From: Octopus sinensis
Taxonomy: Eukaryota
Length of the DNA stretch: 64,000 bases
Assembly (NCBI RefSeq): GCF_006345805.1
Contig: NC_042998.1
Location: 91,698,001 to 91,762,000 of the forward strand
Direction of reading: 5' to 3'
Below, in pieces: positions 25,548 through 39,148 of this stretch. The notes under the pieces are model-generated. The model did not search any database and was not told the origin of the DNA. It saw only the letters and a list, made by a program, of their open reading frames with translations. The position numbers and the translations under genes are program-made. How positions within the stretch are numbered: position 1 is the first letter of the stretch; each line of letters starts with the position of its first letter.

Positions 25548-25884
25548 GTAAGTTGAACTCAATTTTTGAAATATTCTCTTCCATTATGTATCAATGTGTA
25601 TCATCAAAAGCTCCAAATGATCATTAGAACTAGTGGTCAACTGTAATTCCTCTCTCTCTCTCTCTTCCTGTACCATGTCTACAGGTCTTAGTGGTCATGG
25701 ACCTCCATTCCAGAATCTCAAGATATATGTTTTTCTTGGGAACGATACAGCTCTAGTTTCCTGTTGCCATTCTGCCAATCTCTTACTCTTTGTTAGACTC
25801 TTGCTTCCCAAGCTTACTACTGAAGCACAATAACTATTCAACCTTCACAGGGTTTTTCATAGAGAAAACATTTTTAAAAAAAAT

Positions 25885-26200
25885 TCTTTTTCTAGTTTCA
25901 GTCATTAGACTGCAGCTGTGCTGGACCAATCACTTCAAGAACTTAGTTTATCATATCAACTCCTGGTATATGTTCCTGGCTAGAACTTACTTAGTCAGTC
26001 TCAATTTGTTAACTGCAAAGTTAGAGCATAAAAGAACACAAACAACATCACCACAATATAAACACACATTTTATACACATACAGATATGATTTCCATTTA
26101 CTAAATTCCATTCATGAAATGTTAATCAACCAAAATATTATCAGACTCAGAACCATGTAGTTGTGACTGTGAACTGAGCTAATAACGTCACAGTCATACT
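25885..26200 (-). mobile_element. SINE-like family S2, degenerate reverse copy
   Basis: gtttcagtcattagactgcagctgtgctgga is the reverse complement of the S2 3' end. Confidence 0.45.
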
Positions 26201-26470
26201 TGAGATCATATATTACAGAAATATAAGGAAAACTTAATTTGTATTCTGCAGAATGGACCAAATTCATTGATTAAAATAAACTTTTATGGAAATTAGATTA
26301 TGATTTAGCTGGCTAGACAGGTGTGGATTAAAGAGTTGCAGATCTTGCTAAAATTGATATTGACTTTATACATTTGAGATTAGTGAAATAAATATCTGGA
26401 GTGAACAGGGATAAAGTAGTCTTAATGCTGTAACACTGAATTGCTCAGTTGTTCAATTAATTTACTTTTG

Positions 26471-26686
26471 TTGCCAGTACCGCCTGACTGGCCCTCGTGC
26501 CAGTGGCATGTAAAGCACCCACTACACTCTCAGAGTGGTTGGTGTTAGGAAGGGCATCCAGCTGTAGAAACTCTCCCAGATCAGATTGGAACCTGGTGCA
26601 GCCATCTGGTTCACCAGACCTCAGTCAAATCGTCCAACTCATGCTAGCATGGAAAGCGGACGTTAAACGATGATGATGATGATGAT
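26471..26686 (+). mobile_element. SINE-like family S1 with (GAT)n tail
   Basis: Aligns with 10472-10683. Confidence 0.8.
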
Positions 26687-26851
26687 TATATAGATTTTCT
26701 TGACCTTACACGACTTGTCCTGTGAGGCAGATATAAAATGTAAGATAACAGAAACATTTTAAATGTAAATTTCTATATACCTCTCTGAGTATTTGATATC
26801 CAATGGAGTATATTTTTACATATTTCTAGTAAAATTTTATTTATATTTCAG

Positions 26852-27154
26852 ATCCTCCAGGTCCACCAGTTAACTTGAAATCAACAGCAGTTGGTGCTGA
26901 TTTCACTATTTTGGAATGGAAACCACCTCGTTCTGATGGTGGGGCAAAGATAACACACTATGTCATTCAGAAGCGTGAGAAAAAGAGTGATGAACGCCAG
27001 AGAGTTTCATCTGTCGAAAGCCACTTACTTACTGATAAAGTCACTGGTCTTAAAGAAAATATTGACTACTACTTCTCAGTATGTGCAACAAACTCTGTTG
27101 GAACGGGTGCACCATGTGATATGGATCAACCTGTCACTCCTGTGAAAGAACTCC
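26852..27154 (+). CDS. Exon 25, FN3 domain 30, type B (Trp-less subtype)
   Basis: atttcag; PPGPPVNLKSTAVG...PVKEL; GTAAGT; 303 nt. Confidence 0.92.
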
Positions 27155-27595
27155 GTAAGTCTTCAGAATCTTGTTTTATGTATTTAATATATTTAAAGTG
27201 CTGATTACTTTACTCCATCTTTGTCTTTTTGAACGTCACTTTCTGTTTTAATAAATAACAATTTTAGTATGTTTTAAAAGGTTCTGTCAGCTTATTTAGA
27301 TTTTATTTTAATTTGAAATAGAGTGTGTTTGATTTTCTTTCTTCTATGGAAGTCAAAATGTTTTAGATAATATCTTAAAATTAGCTCTGAACTTTTCTTT
27401 GCTATTTTCTAAAACTTATTTTTTTTCATCTGACTAATATCTTTAAAATATAATTGTTAATGAACAGCCATTTAACTTACTGTTTTCTTTTCTTTTTAAT
27501 TTGTTTCTAACTTTGATGCTGAAGTTTCAAATATATCTTTGTATATCACTCAGATAATTATGACAATGTAGCAACAACCATAATTTATATTTCAG

Positions 27596-27901
27596 AAAAA
27601 CCTTCTAAACCAAAAGGTCCTATTAAAGTGTTTGATATCCAGAGAACCGCAATGGGCATTACTTGGAAATATCCAGATAGTGATGGTGGTTCACCTATCA
27701 CAGGGTTTATTATTGAGAAAAAAGAAGCCAAACGCCAATATTGGAGCAATGTTGCTACAGTTCAATCTGATGTAACCTCTTATTGTGTTCAGAGCCTTTC
27801 GGAAGGAACTGAATATGAATTTAGAGTTATTGCAATCAACAAAGTTGGTCGCAGTGATCCATTAGAGACTGATGGAGCCACACTTGCAAAGAGCCCTTAC
27901 A
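27596..27901 (+). CDS. Exon 26, FN3 domain 31, type C (C' subtype)
   Basis: atttcag; KPSKPKGPIKVFDIQRT...LAKSPY; GTGAGT; 306 nt. Confidence 0.92.
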
Positions 27902-28943
27902 GTGAGTAGCTAGATATAATATATTTTTATTATTCTTTAATAAACATATGTATATAATTTCAATCTTCATAATTTTGAATTGCATAAATTTTCTAATTTA
28001 ACTTTTGTATGATGAATAACTTGATCAGGAAATTTGTATGTTGGCTTAAAATTTATAGAGACTTTAAATTTGAGCTTCATGCTCAGTGTCAGTCATATAT
28101 TATGGAAACTTATTGAGTTAAGTTAGGTATATATGTTGACTTATGATAAGTTTTGACCTTGTTATCATTAGTCTGGAGTATAATCATTCAGTAATTGATT
28201 ATGCAAACAGTAGCTAATTAATTTATAATAGAAATATATCAAAAATATGTTTATTCTATGAGATTCTTTTACAATCTTTTGAAATTTGATTATAAAGAAT
28301 TCATTATAATCTTATATGGATTTGATGTATCCATAGCCAGGAAATATAAGCTTTAACAAACATAGATTGTCAAGAATGAACATATATTGAAAATTTTGTT
28401 GGAATGGTAAATAAAGTACCAGATCAATGTTTAGATTTGTCTGTCTAAGTTTGAATTCAAATTCTTTTGAGTTGAGTTTACCTGTTATTTGTATACAGTC
28501 AGTGAAATAAGTACCAGTAATTTACTGTACTTATTTTTTTACTTACATTCTTAATGAAAGAAAGAATAAGCCTTGTATAGATTTAAAGTATCTGTACAGT
28601 TTAAGCAACAAATTGATACTTTTGTATTTACTCTTTGACGCTTGTAATATCTGATTAGCATAATGTAAAATTCTATCACATCTGATTTGTGTTATTTCTG
28701 AATATCTGATTAGCATAATAATTTCATCTTTTGTTTTTTTTTACTTGCTTTCTTCTATATCTTTACTTTTCTTAGTTAATTCTATCCATTCATTATCAAT
28801 AAAAAAATTTTAAACTATAAAACCTCCCTTTCCTGTGTTCCATAACTGAAAATATATTAGTAAAAATTTGAGAATATTCAAACATAATTAATTTTCTGTT
28901 GCAACTCTTTGTTAAAAATTGCTGTATATTTGTTTCCTTGCAG

Positions 28944-29249
28944 ATGTTCCTGGACATCCTAAAGGACCATTACAAGTAACTGCTGTGTCCCATAATTATG
29001 TGGATCTTGAATGGAAAGCTCCCAGTGAAGATGGAGGACAACCTATTACTAAATACATCATTGAATATAAATCTGCCTCTCGTTTAACCTGGAATAAGGC
29101 TGGAGAGGTTGATGCAAATACTCTTGAATATCGTGTTACAAGTTTAGTTGAGGATACGGAATACTACTTCCGTGTTATGGCAGTAAATGCAGAAGGCGAG
29201 AGTCCTCCACTAGAAACAACTGATGCAACAATTCCAAGGAAGGAAATAT
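28944..29249 (+). CDS. Exon 27, FN3 domain 32, type A (A' subtype)
   Basis: cttgcag; VPGHPKGPLQVTAVS...PRKEI; GTAAGT; 306 nt. Confidence 0.92.
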
Positions 29250-29289
29250 GTAAGTAGTTATTATTATTTTGATTATTATTATTATTATT

Positions 29290-29845
29290 GAGTGATATAG
29301 CAGTGCATGTCATCAAACTGACACTGGGGTAAAATATACGAAACCCAGTATACCCATCATGACTACCCGTCTGATAAGGGTACACCAGATACATGCATCA
29401 CAACCATATATGCGTAACATGGTGATCTCATATCAAGTTAAACTGTGTATGACCTTGCAGGTGGGGCCCAGTTAGAATTTTCTTTGTGTTGAGTAGCCCA
29501 TCTCACTCAAAAGGTCCCTGAATCAGGGTTGTTTAAGGATGTTGAACAAAAACCCCATCTTTCCAGAGGTGAATTATCCAAATGCCCCATAATTCCTTTC
29601 AATACGTGGCTATGATGCTCCCCAACTACTTCTGCTCATGATCAGAGATGCACATATCATCAGTCGCTAAGGGACATGCTCAACTGGTTAAGGTCAAACA
29701 ACTGACAAGCAAATCTGTTATTGAGCAGAATATTTGCAGGAGTCTTATCTTTTATACCGAAACAAAACATGTACATGATAACACTTCCAATGAGTTAAGA
29801 TCAGAAGCCATGAGAGCCACTGCCTGGTACTGCATCAGGGTATTT
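29290..29845. mobile_element. Interspersed repeat family R3, copy 2 (longer)
   Basis: Aligns with 10880-11270; flanked by (TTA)n and (CTT)n. Confidence 0.75.
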
Positions 29846-29933
29846 CTTCTTCTTCTTCTTCTTCTTCTTCTTCTTCTTCTTCTTCTTTTTCTCCTCCTCC
29901 TCCTCCTCCTCCTCATCATCATCATCATCATTA
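29844..29933. repeat. (CTT)n(CTC)n(CAT)n microsatellite
   Basis: Direct reading; source of the poly-L and poly-R pseudo-ORFs. Confidence 0.95.
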
Positions 29934-30385
29934 TCAACAAGGTTGCTGAATTATTAGCATGTCAGGCAAAATTCTTTGTGGCATTTCTTCTGGCTCTTTA
30001 CATTCTGAGTTTAAATTCTGTGGACATCAGCTTTGCTTTTCAACCCTTTAGGGTCAATAAAATAAAATCAGTTAGAAAGAATTATTATTATAATATGTAC
30101 ACACAAAGTTACAAATATTAATGTGTGTGTGTGTGTGAAAGAGAGACAGAGACCAGCATGGCCATATCCAAATTACTGGAATCAGTAAACAAGCACATTA
30201 TTAACAAAACAACACCAGCAACATAATGTTTTCTTTACCTTTTTTGTATTTGTACTTACAATTGTTTTCTTATAAAATTATTTGAAATTATTTTTGTAAA
30301 TGAATTTACTAATAATATTATATAAAAATCAGCTGCTAATTTTTTATTATTAACTTTATATAAATATATATTTTTTTTAATTTAG

Positions 30386-30688
30386 CACCCCCTGGACCTC
30401 CATTAAATTTCACAACAACCCAAGTTGGAAAAGATTTTGTTTCTTTACAATGGAAACCACCAACAGAAAATGGAGGTTCAAAGGTAACAAAATACATCAT
30501 CCAGATGAGAAAATCAAAGAAAGATAACTGGGAACGTCTCATGACAGTTGATTCTTTTGAACATAGCTGGAAAGTGACTGACCTCACTGAGAATGTTGGT
30601 TACTATTTCGCTGTGTGTGCTGAAAATAAAGCTGGTACTGGACCGTTAGCAGAACTCTCAGATATCATTACACCAAAGAAAGAAGCTG
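30386..30688 (+). CDS. Exon 28, FN3 domain 33, type B
   Basis: aatttag; PPGPPLNFTTTQVG...PKKEA; GTTAGT; 303 nt. Confidence 0.92.
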
Positions 30689-31299
30689 GTTAGTGTTTAA
30701 CTTTAGCATTAAATATTTGCTTTTCATATACAGCTTTTGATTATTAAATGCATAATATAGCTGTTGCAGTGTGGGGTTTAGCATAAAACTATAGGTTCCT
30801 CTAAAATAAGCTGTCATATTCCTTTTTCTGTTTTTTCATGGTGGTTCTTTGTTACTGCATAAATTTTGTTAGCTGTACCTTCTTTTCTATTTTTCTTGAT
30901 ATTTCATGCTAAATAACGTTGTTGCCAAATGGGAATGTTTTTATCTAAACTTCCCCAAAATTACTCTTTAAAATATTGATTATCATAATTTTAAAACACA
31001 TAGTAATTTGATTATGCAGTGATTTTCCTTTAATAATGTCTGATAAAAAGTACAAGTTTCTTTTTAATAGTTGTTGGAAATTGTAGATTTTTGAAACAGG
31101 TCTAAAATAGTACTTAATCATAAACTTATAAAGAATTTAACTTTAGATCAATATAATTATCTAATCTTACTGTTGTTATATAAGTCTCTTCTAATTAAAA
31201 TTAATATCATACACATGTGTACATATAATATTTGTTATTTAATTATGTGACAAACAAATGTTACAAATGTATATAATTTCTTAACAAAATTTCTTTTAG

Positions 31300-31605
31300 G
31301 CTTGCCATCTCCTCCTATTGGACCACTTGATGTGTTTGACATTAAACGAACATCAATCAGCATTAAATGGAAGCCACCAGCTGATGATGGTGGTTCTCCT
31401 ATAACTGGATATTCTATTGAGAAGAGAGAAGCTTCTCGTTCTTCCTGGAGTAAAGTTGAGAAAGTGAGCGATCAAGTGACAGAGTTCTGCTGCAGAAACC
31501 TCATTGAGAAAACTGAATACTTCTTTAGGGTTATTGCTCACAATTCTGTTGGTGCAAGTAAACCTTTGGAAACAGTTGGTGCAACATTAGCCAGAAGTCC
31601 TTATG
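31300..31605 (+). CDS. Exon 29, FN3 domain 34, type C
   Basis: cttttag; LPSPPIGPLDVFDIKRT...LARSPY; GTAAGA; 306 nt. Confidence 0.92.
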
Positions 31606-32618
31606 GTAAGAATATTAAGCATTTATGATATTAAATAAAGGAATTAAAGCATTTACTGTTAAAATATATGCATATATAAGTGTTTTTCTGTGTATATGTG
31701 CATGCATACCTATTTTCTCACATACACACATGCACATGCATGCACACACACACACACACACACACTCTCTCTCTCTCTCTCAAACAAACACACATTGAAA
31801 ATTATTTTTGGATCATTAGACAAAGTAAATTAACCTGCACTTTACATAATTTTCACTCTGAAGTTATCCGTATAAAAGTTTTAAATGCCAGTATTCTAGA
31901 CTGTCTTATGAGTGAAGTATTTTCACACAATAAAAACTTTTCAAATATATACAGTTTATTGATACTTTTTAAGAATATATGAAAAATATACTCACGTAGT
32001 TCTGTGCTCTCGTTACTATGCACTATGGCTCATTGAGAAGGTCTGATAAAACTGAAACAAGTTTGATGTCACCATAGCTACCAAATATCAAAGTTACTTC
32101 TCTCAGTGTCTCCTTTTAATTTTCAGCCAACTCAAATTTCAGAGTTCACTTTTTTGGTCATTTTGAGAAGAATTTTCTTTAATGCTAATTAATCTTCTTC
32201 TCATAATAGGTATAATATCAACTGATTAAAAATCATTTCTACTCACAAAGTGTGTTAATGCAGACTTGACTATAAGCATGCACACACGCACACACAAACA
32301 CACATCATAATACTATTAAGTAAATATAGTTCTGGTTGATATTATTTTACCTAACAAATCTTTAATACAAGATTTAATTAATCTGATGTTTGATTTAGAA
32401 TAATCAAAAATATAACCATAAATCAATATTTCACTTTATAGAAATAGTTCCTTTATAATTAATTCTGTAGAAATGTAATATTAAGATGTATTATATGTGA
32501 TTTTGCAATGATAGCGTCAATAAATAACTTTTTTGTATGATATCACATGTTAAATGCAATAAAATTGTCAGGCTGCATTTCAGATAACTTATGAAATTTT
32601 TGCTCTTAATATTTTCAG

Positions 32619-32924
32619 ACGTCCCATCAGCACCTGTTGGTCCTCTAATTATTGACAATGTGACACAAAATTCAGCTGACCTTCAATGGAAACCACCAGA
32701 GAAGGATGGAGGTTTGCCTGTGGTTAACTATATCATTGAATATAGGACACCTACTAGGACAACCTGGTCTAAATCTGGAACAGTTAGTGGAACAACTACA
32801 AAATATACTGTTAAAGACTTGCTTGAAGATACTGAATACCTTTTCCGAGTCATTGCTGTTAATGATGAAGGCCCAAGTCATCCACTGGAAGCAACAGATA
32901 TTACCAAACCAACTAGGAAAATAT
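32619..32924 (+). CDS. Exon 30, FN3 domain 35, type A
   Basis: ttttcag; VPSAPVGPLIIDNVT...TKPTRKI; GTAATT; 306 nt. Confidence 0.92.
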
Positions 32925-33053
32925 GTAATTACATTTTTATAGTTTAATTTGCAGTTTCCCAGTAAATAATTACACTATTCTTAATATAGACAGCAAATTG
33001 TTTCCTATCTTTCTTGAAGCTAACACTAAATTCGTTGTTTCTGTGCACTCACA

Positions 33054-33167
<114 letters not shown>

Positions 33168-33379
33168 CTATTCAAAGAAATTTTTGAAAGTAAGGAAATA
33201 CATTGAAATCATTTCAGCCAAAAACTTTTGGAAAGAAAAAGTCAGTGAAAAGCAAAACATAGAAAGGGTTAATCATGGAGAATTATTTAGCTCATATGTG
33301 AAAAATATCAATGCTGATAGTTGACAGGGAAAAGTTATATTTTTCTCTAATATACTTTAAAATTAGCCATCAAAGTACG

Positions 33380-33775
33380 ATGTGGTATTTAGTTTCAGCC
33401 CTTCATGTACTAATTATGAATCTTCCCGTGGTTAACTTTGCTTTTCATTTTTTTCTGATGATGATGAAATAAGTGCCAGTCAAGCAATAAGATAGACATA
33501 ATCAACTATACTTTTCCCACAAATTTGAAACCTGGTGCTTATGTTGGGTCAATATTTACTTCTTAGTATTTAAATTTATGGTAGCAGGGTGGCAGAATCA
33601 TTTGCATAGCAAGCTAAACGCTTAGCAGCATTTTGTCCATTTTGAGTTTAAATTCCATCAAGGTCAACTTTGCTTTTCATCCTTTCAGGGTTGATAATTA
33701 AGTTTCAGTTGTGGACTGGGGTCCACTTAATCCCTTCACAATAATCCCTTGTGTCAATATTTGAAACCAATATTT
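33380..33775 (+). mobile_element. Two adjacent degenerate S5 SINE-like copies
   Basis: The motif ggt.aactttgcttttcat occurs at about 33430 and 33662, each followed by a taagt..cagt motif. Confidence 0.55.
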
Positions 33776-33873
33776 AAACTTCCTAATGGATTTTAAACTA
33801 GAAAACATTAGTTTTGTAATTGCATGTTTATTCTAATCTAAACTGGCTCAATGTATTGATTTCTCTTTGTCAG

Positions 33874-34170
33874 ATCTACCTGGGCCACCTGTTAATTTGA
33901 GAGCTTCCAGAGTCGGTGAAAACTTTATTGAGATTGATTGGAATCCTCCAGAAAATAATGGAGGCACACCAATTACAGGTTATATTGTCAAAAAGTCTCA
34001 AGATAAATCAACTTGGACAAAGGTTGCCTCAGTTAATGCTTATGAAACATATTGCCGAGCAAGTAAACTACCTGAAGGTCAAGAATTTTATTTCCAAGTT
34101 TCTGCTGAAAACAAAGTTGGTGTTGGTGAACCTTGTGAAAGTAAACCAATCTCAACTAAGAAGGGAGCAA
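33874..34170 (+). CDS. Exon 31, FN3 domain 36, type B
   Basis: ttgtcag; LPGPPVNLRASRVG...TKKGA; GTAAGT; 297 nt. Confidence 0.92.
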
Positions 34171-34458
34171 GTAAGTTTAAAAATTTTTCATTTCATTTCT
34201 AAAATTGATAAGTTGCCAAAATTTTTTATGCAAAATTTCTTGAAAGCTTTTGATTATATAATAATTTTATATAATTATATAATAATTTTCTTGTACAAAT
34301 TTTTTCATGGTTTTGAATTATAACTTTATTCATTAATATGCTACAAAAATATAAATTTTAATGTTTAATGTTATTTAAAGAATGTACAAAAAATATTGAT
34401 TGTTTTTGTATATGTGTTTGAATAAAAATTAAAGATTTTACTTCTTTTTTTTTTCAAG

Positions 34459-34764
34459 CTGTTCCATCCAGACCGATTGGTCCAATTGCTGTAACCGATG
34501 TCCAGCGAGATTCTATAAGTATCAAATGGAAAGCATCTCAAGATGATGGTGGTTCACCAATCACATCTTATAATGTTGAGAAAAGGCCTACTTCAAATAG
34601 GTACTGGTCTCAAGTTGCTAAAGTGGATAATTCAACTTTCGAATTAACTTGCAAAGGTCTGAAAGAGAAAACTGAATACCACTTTAGAGTTATAGCTGTC
34701 AACAAAATTGGAGAAAGTGAACCACTTGAAACCAAAGATACCACTTTAACTCGAAGTCCATTTG
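34459..34764 (+). CDS. Exon 32, FN3 domain 37, type C
   Basis: tttcaag; VPSRPIGPIAVTDVQRD...LTRSPF; GTACGT; 306 nt. Confidence 0.9.
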
Positions 34765-34795
34765 GTACGTACAAGACCTTCCATTTAGTGTATTT

Positions 34796-34857
34796 CAAAA
34801 ACAATATGTGATTGATATGACATAATCAAAAACAATATGTGATTGATATGACATAAT
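34796..34857. repeat. Perfect 31-bp tandem duplication
   Basis: caaaaacaatatgtgattgatatgacataat x2. Confidence 0.95.
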
Positions 34858-35655
34858 CTACTTGGCTAGGTATTCAGTAGCGATGGACATTGTTTGATGC
34901 AGTTCCTTTATACAGATTATTTTATACATTGCAAATGTAATCATTCAACTAGAATATCTTTGAATTGAAAAACTTGACTTTAGAATTAATAAGAATAACC
35001 CTGTTAAGAAAGATTAGCATATTTTAATCATTAAAGCTACTTAATGCATGAAATATCAAATATTTGTACTAGCAGCAAAAAATGTTCTCAGAGCTTATAT
35101 TCTGTCTACCTCCAGGAATATTTTAAGCTCTCTTATGAGAACCAATATATAGAATGTCAACTACAGCATATTGAAAATGTAGTAGCTAATTTGATATAAA
35201 TGCATAAAGAAAAGTCATAATATATGCAGAAATTATGTTTGACATAATTTTATATATACAAAACTTTAGGTATAATGCATGAACAAACCTACACGCAGAT
35301 ATTTTTGTACAAACAGAAAGTGCTATAAACAGAGCAAATTTATGTAAATGTTGTTTGATATTACATACAGCTAACCTTAAATCCTCAAAGAAACATTAAT
35401 TGCCTTAAATGTAAGATTTGAATGATTTAAATGATCAAAAAGAAAGTAATTATTTGAATTAAGAAGAATGACCTCATTAGACATATAAAAAATATTGAAA
35501 CTACATTATATAATATTGAAACTACAATATATAATACAAACTACAAATATTACATTCAATAATATCCATGTTTTTGGTAAAAAGTATATTCTGAATCATT
35601 TTGTACATTACAATATTGCATTAATTATATGTATCATATAATTTGTTTCTTTTAG

Positions 35656-35961
35656 ATGTGCCATCATGTCCAGTTGGACCTTTAGTTATTGACAATGTCA
35701 CACATGAGAGTGCTGATCTTAAATGGAATCCACCAGAAAGTGATGGTGGTAGTCAACTCCTTGGATATATTATTGAGTCCAGATTAGCTTCACGAACATT
35801 CTGGAGCAAAGCAGGAACTGTTGATAGCAAAACAACCAAATTTAAAGCAACTAATTTGATTGAAAATACTGAATACTATTTCCAAGTCATTGCTTACAAT
35901 GCAGAGGGCAATAGTAAACCACTGGAAGCAAGTGATGTTACTAAACCCACAAGAAAACTAG
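35656..35961 (+). CDS. Exon 33, FN3 domain 38, type A
   Basis: cttttag; VPSCPVGPLVIDNVT...TKPTRKL; GTGAAT; 306 nt. Confidence 0.92.
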
Positions 35962-36829
35962 GTGAATTTTGCATTTGTTTAATATTATTATATTCATTAT
36001 CGAAATGAAGTTATTAATGTTTATACCTTAATAGGTTATAAGGTATAAGCTCGAAAATTTGTCAACTATAATTATCATTAGAAAAATAAACATACTTTGT
36101 TTTTTATGAACATTTACTGTTAAACAGTTTTTATAAGTGTTAGTTTTAAAACAATTTTGCATTATAATTTTTAGCATGCCATGGGGAAGGTGCAAAACTT
36201 ATTTCAAAACCATTTTGAGAAATATGAGACTGAAATTAATCCAACAACTGTTTGATATTTACCACTACAGAGGATAGAATTGCCCCACTCAGAATGCAAA
36301 TAGAAGTTTTATAGCATCCACTATTATGATCCATATTTCTGAGATACAATCTAACTGAACTTGATTTTGCCTTTCATCTTTGAAATAAGTAATATAATGA
36401 GGTAAAATCAAATCTCAAATCTCTGTATGTAAAATCCAGAGTTTGGTGCAAGATGTTTTAGTTTTGCAATACACATGTATTGTTCTGCAGATTGTAAGAG
36501 CTTAGAGCACCACTTTCAAAGGATAGCCTTAAATTATAGATTTTGTTTAGTAATATAGCAATCCTTCATGTTACAGAAGGGCTGCAGTCTTAGAAGTTTT
36601 GTCATAGTGAGGAAATACCATTATGCAAATCTATTTTCCTTTTGACTTGCATGTTAAAAATTGTGATGCATTTATAGAGAAACTTTTTGGAATAAAAATT
36701 ATACGATCACTTCCATAGCCATAATCAGAATTTTCATAATGTGGAGCTCCTTGTAATGTAAAACCTATAATTTTATCAATAACACTAAAAATCTATTTCT
36801 ATAATTATTATTATTTTTATTTGTAATAG

Positions 36830-37132
36830 CACGACCTGGTCCACCTGTTTATTTGAGGACAACCAAAGTTGGACACGATTTCACTGTGCTAGAATGGAAA
36901 GCACCAGTTTATGATGGTGGTTCAAAGATCACTAACTATATTATCCAGAAACGTGAGAAACAAAATGAGGAACGCCAAGATATCGATACAGTTACTGGTC
37001 ACGAACTCAGTAGCCACATTAAAGGACTCAAACAAGAGATTGATTATTACTTCTCAGTTTGCTCAAAGAATAAAATTGGTGTCAGTGATCCTTGCGATGC
37101 TGAACAGCCTGTTACTTTGAAGAAAGCATTAG
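36830..37132 (+). CDS. Exon 34, FN3 domain 39, type B (Trp-less subtype)
   Basis: gtaatag; RPGPPVYLRTTKVG...LKKAL; GTAAGT; 303 nt. Confidence 0.92.
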
Positions 37133-37649
37133 GTAAGTGGATTTACTTTCTTCTAATATACCAATTGTATCTTGTTGTATTTTAGGAAGGTACCAATAAT
37201 AAACATATGCACTAGCTCTATTCACTTTAGTTTTATTTGGCAATTGGTTAGCCATTTAACTAATTAATAAATTGTTTGATTAATTGTGTGGTTAATCAAT
37301 CAATAAGCTAGGTTTGTCATAGTCTATTTGTCACCAACTGCAACCTCATCAGTCATACACCTTCACTTCTTCATATCTTTGTCAGGTTTGTCTCTCTCAG
37401 ACAAATGTATTATCAGGCATTGAAATATTACATAGTTATAAAAATGAATTTTTATTCTTCTGTGTTATATGAAAATGTAATGCACTTTAACTTCTCAAAT
37501 CATTACTAAAGAGAAACTGTGGAAAAGTTGAATGATATTAAAAACTGAAAGTGAAAGTTAGACTTAGATACTATTCATTAATTAGAAATTACATTTTTGC
37601 AAAACTTTACTTAATTAACATACATATATTTTGTTTTCTTTTAAATCAG

Positions 37650-37955
37650 ATAAACCTGGTCCACCAAAAGGTCCTATTAAAATCTTTGATGTCCAAAGAA
37701 CAGCAATTGGTATATCTTGGAAGTATCCTGAGAGTGATGGCGGTAGTCCAATCACTAACTTCTTAGTTGAAAAGAGACAAAGTGGAAGACAATATTGGTC
37801 TAATGTTGAACAGGTTCCTCATGACATTACCAGTTATATGGTGCAGAACTTGACATCAAATTGTGAATATGAATTTAGGGTCATTGCTATCAACAAATTT
37901 GGACACAGTGAACCACTGATTACAGAAGGTGCAACTTTAGCAAGAAGTCCATTTG
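37650..37955 (+). CDS. Exon 35, FN3 domain 40, type C'
   Basis: aaatcag; KPGPPKGPIKIFDVQRT...LARSPF; GTAAGA; 306 nt. Confidence 0.92.
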
Positions 37956-38046
37956 GTAAGAATATATAAAAATAGTTATTGTCATCTTCGATCTATTATC
38001 CCTTTTATAATAAATATAATGCTAAATACTACATTACTGTTTTCAG

Positions 38047-38352
38047 ATGTGCCAGCACGTCCAAGAGGACCATTACAAGTTATCGATGTATCTCATAATC
38101 ATGTTGATTTACAATGGAAAGCACCAGAAAGTGATGGAGGCAGTCCAATCACTAAGTACATTATTGAATTTAAATCATCATCCCGTTTGAGTTGGCACAA
38201 GGCTGGTGAAGTGGATTCAAACACTCTTACATACAGAGTAAATGATCTAACGGAAGGAACTGAGTACTATTTCCGTGTGATTGCTGTCAATGCTGAAGGG
38301 GAGAGTCCACCTTTAGAAACTTCAGATGCAACAGTTCCCAGAAGGGAAATTG
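38047..38352 (+). CDS. Exon 36, FN3 domain 41, type A'
   Basis: ttttcag; VPARPRGPLQVIDVS...PRREI; GTAAGG; 306 nt. Confidence 0.92.
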
Positions 38353-38845
38353 GTAAGGATAATTTGTAATAAAATTTCATTTATATCTTAGAAGTTCTTG
38401 ATATTTAAGTTATGTCATAATGTTATAAAAAACTTAAAGATTTCTTAGTTTTGTAAATTTCATGATTAGTTATCATATTTTGACTTAAGCTCTTAGGTAT
38501 TTGCTTCTGAAATGATTCTCTATGTATTGAATCTTAATCTACTTATAAAAATTCCATAAAACTTAAACTGTCGAAAGGTATTTAGAGGCTGTCAAAATTT
38601 ATAAAATATGTTTTTCAAACTGAGAGAAAAATAAAGCAAATTATTCAGAGATGTTGAAAGTATATAATATATAATAATATGTTTAGCTGAATTTATTTAC
38701 AAGCTTTTAGTTATGTAAACATTTTAAAATAATCTAAATTCATATAAAAATATTGTCTATATGTGAATATTATAAAAGTATGTTTAATAAATTATTACCT
38801 AGAAAATTTATCTTATTTAATATAATTGCATTTGTTATTCTGCAG

Positions 38846-39148
38846 TTCCTCCTGGACCACCAGCTGAACTTAAACCAACTAGGATTGGAAAGAACTTTGT
38901 TGATCTCAGCTGGAAACAACCAAAAGATGATGGTGGTTCAAGAATAACGAAGTATACTCTTAAAAAGAGAAAAGACAGAAAAGATGAATGGCAGCATATT
39001 GTCACTTTAGACTCTGTTGAAAAGAGCTGGAAAGTCACTGAACTGGAAGAAAATATTGGCTACTATTTTGCTGTAGCTGCTGAAAACAAAGCTGGAAGAG
39101 GGAAAAACAAAGAGCTTATTGAGGTTATTGTTCCTCAAAAAGAAGCAT
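38846..39148 (+). CDS. Exon 37, FN3 domain 42, type B (correct frame absent from ORF track)
   Basis: tctgcag; PPGPPAELKPTRIGKNF...PQKEA; GTAAGT; 303 nt. Confidence 0.9.

Noticed and set aside
34796-34857. CRISPR-like 31-bp direct repeat
   Set aside because: Two abutting copies with no spacer, in a eukaryotic intron.
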